The notes under the pieces were generated by a model. The model had not been told where the DNA came from. It made no database searches and was given only the letters and a program-made list of their open reading frames with translations. Both the position numbers and the translations under genes were made by a program. From the NCBI GenBank assembly GCA_002500485.1, contig DLRJ01000028.1:1-60920 (forward strand): 60,920 nucleotides of DNA. The letters are read 5' to 3'. The stretch comes from Dehalococcoidia bacterium UBA7891. Its GTDB lineage: Bacteria > Chloroflexota > Dehalococcoidia > Lucifugimonadales > UBA826. This document shows, one piece after another, positions 56,739-60,920 of this stretch (position 1 is the first letter of the stretch; every line of letters starts with the position of its first letter).

Positions 56739-59519
56739 TTGAAATTAAATCTCGTTATAGCCACCTTTCTTGCGAATCATCCATATATGATTCTAATAGT
56801 AACCTTGTTTCTAACCTTGCTTTTGATTTCCCCTTTGTTTTTTTTGGCCCCGAAAGAACAAGCCTCCCCGAATCCTCCGGATGAAGTTTATGAACTTCAG
56901 GAGGAAATTGCTGATAAATTTCCTACTCCATTCCATTTTGCGAGTTTTGTGTTGCAGGCAAAAAAAGGCGATGTTATTTCTCGGGAAGTGCTTTCGGAGT
57001 TGAAGTTAAATAGGGATCGTTTAGTTGCATTAGATGTTGATGGTGATTTATCTGTCACAGAAGAAGGTAAACCAAGGGGAACTTTGGAAAAACAATCATA
57101 CCTTGCTAGCTACTATGACTTTGAGCTAGCAACGCAAATCAATGGGATCATTTCTGTTTTGGAAACCATCGAGATTACCCTTGCGAATCAAGGTTTGTAT
57201 CTGGAATCTGCTAGCGAAGAACAAATAAAGATAGCTTTCCATCACATAATGTCTGATTCTCGCCTGGCTAGTGTAAAAGATTTGATTTCGACTCAAGCTT
57301 CTTCTACAAAAAAAATTGTCCTAGGTCAAGAAATTGACTACTGGGTTTCTCCAGCAATGGTTTTTCACGTTATAGCAGATAATTCCAAACTTGGTGGAGC
57401 TGGGCTGGAGATCGGTATGGGAGGGGGTCCAGATGTCATTAATAAGGAACATTTGAATCGAAGTGTGGGTTCGGTTATGTCGGGTTCCAGCCAAAATTAT
57501 GAAGTATGGGGAATCGCAATAGATGCAAATCTGGAATCACTGGACGAAGGAAAAACAGCTGGCATCTTTATAATGTTTACAGCTATTGCTGCAGTTCTAG
57601 TAGTTGGGTTTAGCCTTGGTTCATATTGGGCTACAGCGATCACCGGGGTAGGGATTGCCATATTAATGGTGTGGCTAAAAGGAATTTCAGCCTTAATTGG
57701 GCTAAAAAGCGGTCTGGTTATAGATCTAGTGGTTCCAATCAGTATGATTTCATTAGGAGTCGATTTCATTGTACATGCGGTTCGCAGATACCGTGAGGAG
57801 TTGCTTCAAGGTAATAATCCTAAGATTAGTTTCACCTCGGGCTATGCCTCAGTTCTCGGAGCCCTTCTTCTGGCTATGGCCAGCGATAGTATAGCTTTCC
57901 TCTCGAATTTATCGTCCAATATTGAAGCCGTAATTCACTTTGGATGTGCTGCTGCCATTGCAGTAATCTCTTCCTTCTGGATTTTGGGTGTAGCGGCCCC
58001 ACTTCTCACAATGAAAGTGGATCAACTTATTATTCAAAGTCGATATGATTTTCAAACTACAAGATGGCTGACTTATCGAATCTTAGGTTCCATCCTTGTT
58101 GCCTCTATATCTGGAATATCCATAATTATGTTGGTGGCGGTCAGTAGGTTGATAGGGTTGGTCCTTCTAGGAGGGGGCATTTTTTTACTTATTCTCGTAC
58201 CAATATTTATTTTAGCAAGAAGTACTTCTAGTATAGTTTTTGAAGACTCGAAAAATATGGGAATGGCAGCGCCAAGTCAAGACAGGTTTGCCCATATCGT
58301 CGCCAGGATCGTCACATTCGCAGCTGATAATTCAGTAAAAGTAATATTTTTAACGGTGCTGATAACCGCACTTTCAATTTATTCCGCTTTACAGTTGACA
58401 CCTTCTTTTGATGTAAAAGATTTTTTTGATTCTGAATCAGAGTTTGTGGTGGGATTGGATAAATTTGATGAATTCATAGCTGGTGGTGAACCAGGGGTTA
58501 CCTTTGTTAAGGGCGATTTGACAGATCCCACTGTTTATGACGACATAAAGATCTATATTGAGGAACTGAGGGGAATTAATTTAGTCGGGGAAACTCCTAG
58601 TGGAGACGTTACTTTTGGTCTAAATGCTCTCAATGTTTTGACTACCATAATGCACAATCCAGTTTCTGTCGCCACAATTGAGGAGGCTACCGGAATAACA
58701 ATTACCGATTCTACTTCGAACGGTATCCCTGATACGAAACAACAGATAGCTACTATATTCGAGCATTCTTTACAAAAGGGTGTGTGGGGGGATAGTCAGA
58801 ATTTGATTCTAAGACCTGATCAGGTACAGGGTGCGGTATATTTCAGAAGGAATGAAGAAGCATTAACAACTATTCAGTTTCAGATGCCCGGTACCAGGGA
58901 TCAGGCTGTCGTGACTGCTGCTCTTAAGGAAATTACTCCCTCAGTTCTGAAATTAGAAAACCACCCATCATTGTCTAAAGTGGCATTGACTGGTTCACCG
59001 TTCCAACGTGAGGTTCAATTATCTGAATCTACCCGCACCTTATACACTTCTCTTCCAATAGCTATAGTGGCTGCAGCGACACTACTCTTAATAACTATGC
59101 GATCTTTTCGGTATGCGATAGTCACTGTAATTCCCATAGGATTAGTTGTGGCTTGGCTTTATGGTGTTATGTATGCGTTTGGCTTCTCCTTAAATTTTGT
59201 GACAGCTATGATAGGGGCGATTTCCATAGGGGTTGGAATTGATTATTCTATCCACATGACCATAAGGTTTCGGGAGGAATTAAACCGAAATGAATCAAGA
59301 ATATTAGCGGTTCAAAAAGCGGCAGGGGGAACAGGTGTCGCTTTGGTGGCCTCAGCAGCATCTAGTATAGTCGGGTTCGCTATAATGGGGTTTGCTCCCA
59401 TGCCTATGTTCGCTTCTTATGGTCAACTGACCTCCCTAATGATATCTTTCGCTTTAATATCTTCTTTGGTGGTACTACCTGCCCTTTTAATATTGGTCAC
59501 ACCAGAAATAGAAAAGTAA
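56739..59519 (+). CDS. MMPL/HAE3-type RND superfamily transporter
   Basis: SLGVDFIVH and GVGIDYSIH TM4/TM10 motifs; duplicated architecture with extra central TM segments. Confidence 0.88.
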   Translation: MKLNLVIATFLANHPYMILIVTLFLTLLLISPLFFLAPKEQASPNPPDEVYELQEEIADKFPTPFHFASFVLQAKKGDVISREVLSELKLNRDRLVALDVDGDLSVTEEGKPRGTLEKQSYLASYYDFELATQINGIISVLETIEITLANQGLYLESASEEQIKIAFHHIMSDSRLASVKDLISTQASSTKKIVLGQEIDYWVSPAMVFHVIADNSKLGGAGLEIGMGGGPDVINKEHLNRSVGSVMSGSSQNYEVWGIAIDANLESLDEGKTAGIFIMFTAIAAVLVVGFSLGSYWATAITGVGIAILMVWLKGISALIGLKSGLVIDLVVPISMISLGVDFIVHAVRRYREELLQGNNPKISFTSGYASVLGALLLAMASDSIAFLSNLSSNIEAVIHFGCAAAIAVISSFWILGVAAPLLTMKVDQLIIQSRYDFQTTRWLTYRILGSILVASISGISIIMLVAVSRLIGLVLLGGGIFLLILVPIFILARSTSSIVFEDSKNMGMAAPSQDRFAHIVARIVTFAADNSVKVIFLTVLITALSIYSALQLTPSFDVKDFFDSESEFVVGLDKFDEFIAGGEPGVTFVKGDLTDPTVYDDIKIYIEELRGINLVGETPSGDVTFGLNALNVLTTIMHNPVSVATIEEATGITITDSTSNGIPDTKQQIATIFEHSLQKGVWGDSQNLILRPDQVQGAVYFRRNEEALTTIQFQMPGTRDQAVVTAALKEITPSVLKLENHPSLSKVALTGSPFQREVQLSESTRTLYTSLPIAIVAAATLLLITMRSFRYAIVTVIPIGLVVAWLYGVMYAFGFSLNFVTAMIGAISIGVGIDYSIHMTIRFREELNRNESRILAVQKAAGGTGVALVASAASSIVGFAIMGFAPMPMFASYGQLTSLMISFALISSLVVLPALLILVTPEIEK

Positions 59520-59536
59520 AATCAACTAGAATAAAA

Positions 59537-60920
59537 TCAGTTCAATAGGACGTATGTCGCTCCATCTTCCCCTAAGGAATCAGGCTCTGATCCAAAGCTA
59601 TTAACCAAAGGATGACCTTCCAGAGATTCTCGTATTGCTTTTCTTAGAGCACCCGTACCTTTTCCATGGACAATGAATACCTTACTCAATCCATTTTTCA
59701 AAGATTCGTCTAAGAAGTTTTCCATAATCTGCAATGAAGGCTCTGCCCTCATGCCTCTTATGTCTATTTTATTACTATATGAAATATGTTCAATCAGACT
59801 TTTATTGTGGCCTGATCTGGCGGGCTCAGCAGAACTGCGAGGGTTATATTCAGAGTGATTTTTGTTCAATCTTGAAATGTCTACATCCATTCTAAGGTTG
59901 CCAATTTTCAACTCTGCCATTTGAGTCAATTGATTGTATTTCGTGATCACACCTGTGAGGTTCAACCCCCTCACAGTGACCGTTTCACCAGTTTGGAAAG
60001 CCTCTTCGTTGGGTTTCTCGGTAATAGATTCGGGGATTTCAATTTGTAGACTCTGTAATTCTCTTTCAACTTCGTCAATGTTTTGCTTAATTTTATCTGG
60101 GTTTTCGTTGGCATGTTTAACCCAAGAATAGGCCATTTGAGCTTTCTTCAGAAGAGTTTCAATATCCTTATATTTTTCTTCGGCAGTGTGATGGATTGAA
60201 TCTAATATAGTTTGCCTATTTTGGATTAGGTAATCTATTTGTTTATTCAACTCAAATCTTATAGATTCAACTTCTTTATACTTGCTTTCGATTTCACCCA
60301 TTGTTTCTGAAATTTTGTTTTTTTCATCAGTCACTCTTTGGATCCAATCTGATATTTCTTTAAACTCCGCAGACAGGTATTTATCTGCCTTCTTAACTAT
60401 TTCGTCTTTCAACCCTAATCTTGTGGCAACAGCCATGGCGTAGCTCTGTCCAGGTAGGCCTAGAACCATTTTATAAGTTGGTTTTAAATCCTTGGGGTCT
60501 AACTGAAAGCTTGCATTCCTCATCCTCTTGTCTGATTCGGCCATTAGGGTAACAGTGTTGTGATGAGTGGTAATCAGTGTCTGTATTTTGTTCTCAGCTA
60601 AATACTCCAAGACAGCCTTTGCTATTGCGGATCCTTCTTCAGGATCTGTACTGGAGCCGACCTCATCTAAAAGGAGTAGAGACCGGGAAGAACAATTATC
60701 CAAAATATCATTAAGATTTTTAATATGGGAACTGAATGTAGATACTGAATTCGTTATACTCTGCTGATCTCCTATATCTGCATATATACCATCAAAAATT
60801 GGGAGTTCGCTGCCAGCAGCGGCAGGTATTTGTATGCCAGATTGGTTCATGGCTGCCAAAAGCCCAACGGTCTTGATTGCGACAGTTTTACCGCCGGTGT
60901 TTGGGCCAGTTATTACCAAA
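59537..60920 (-). CDS. mutS2: Endonuclease MutS2, C-terminal part (5' end outside the window)
   Basis: ITGPNTGGKT Walker A, IGDQQSI, LLDEVGSSTDP, coiled coil, and Smr domain (IDIRG...IVHGKGTG.LR). Confidence 0.96.
   Translation of the reverse strand, partial: LVITGPNTGGKTVAIKTVGLLAAMNQSGIQIPAAAGSELPIFDGIYADIGDQQSITNSVSTFSSHIKNLNDILDNCSSRSLLLLDEVGSSTDPEEGSAIAKAVLEYLAENKIQTLITTHHNTVTLMAESDKRMRNASFQLDPKDLKPTYKMVLGLPGQSYAMAVATRLGLKDEIVKKADKYLSAEFKEISDWIQRVTDEKNKISETMGEIESKYKEVESIRFELNKQIDYLIQNRQTILDSIHHTAEEKYKDIETLLKKAQMAYSWVKHANENPDKIKQNIDEVERELQSLQIEIPESITEKPNEEAFQTGETVTVRGLNLTGVITKYNQLTQMAELKIGNLRMDVDISRLNKNHSEYNPRSSAEPARSGHNKSLIEHISYSNKIDIRGMRAEPSLQIMENFLDESLKNGLSKVFIVHGKGTGALRKAIRESLEGHPLVNSFGSEPDSLGEDGATYVLLN

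Noticed and set aside
1062-60767. Numerous 60-155 aa antisense or alternate-frame ORFs in the track (e.g. 5504-5968, 8854-9177, 22417-22683, 54085-54465)
   Set aside because: They lie inside well-supported genes, lack motifs and look like shadow ORFs.

Overview
Gene-dense window of about 40% GC with roughly 47 CDS. I see no rRNA, tRNA, CRISPR array, transposase or transcription factor. The content points to a marine Chloroflexota (Dehalococcoidia, probably SAR202) genome (inference): 8 MFS transporters, paralog pairs of mandelate-racemase-like enolases, HpcH aldolases, NHL/PAL-like proteins and D-2-hydroxyacid dehydrogenases, a luciferase-like monooxygenase, a PT-linker lipoprotein and a GAAC-N4-GTTC LexA box. 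The best hidden signal is that two separately called ORFs (8738-9031 and 9047-9265) form one membrane-anchored thioredoxin-fold gene. Its in-frame TGA sits at the first position of the redox motif (U-I-G-C) and is followed by a SECIS-like hairpin, so it is a probable selenoprotein. It lies directly behind a 63-aa, 8-Cys metal-binding mini-protein with its own promoter and terminator. Other highlights: a LexA-boxed, AT-rich imuB-dnaE2 cassette with no imuA; an operon of a 14-blade Kelch lipoprotein and two giant FtsX-like permeases with no ATPase; an iodotyrosine deiodinase homolog; a stand-alone Cas4/RecB-like nuclease; two cytoplasmic PAL-like lyases; and candidate sugar-acid/lactone catabolic clusters. 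The first ~640 nt look frameshift-ridden (sequence error or decay), and mutS2 is cut by the right edge. All assignments come from motif recognition by eye; no searches were run.
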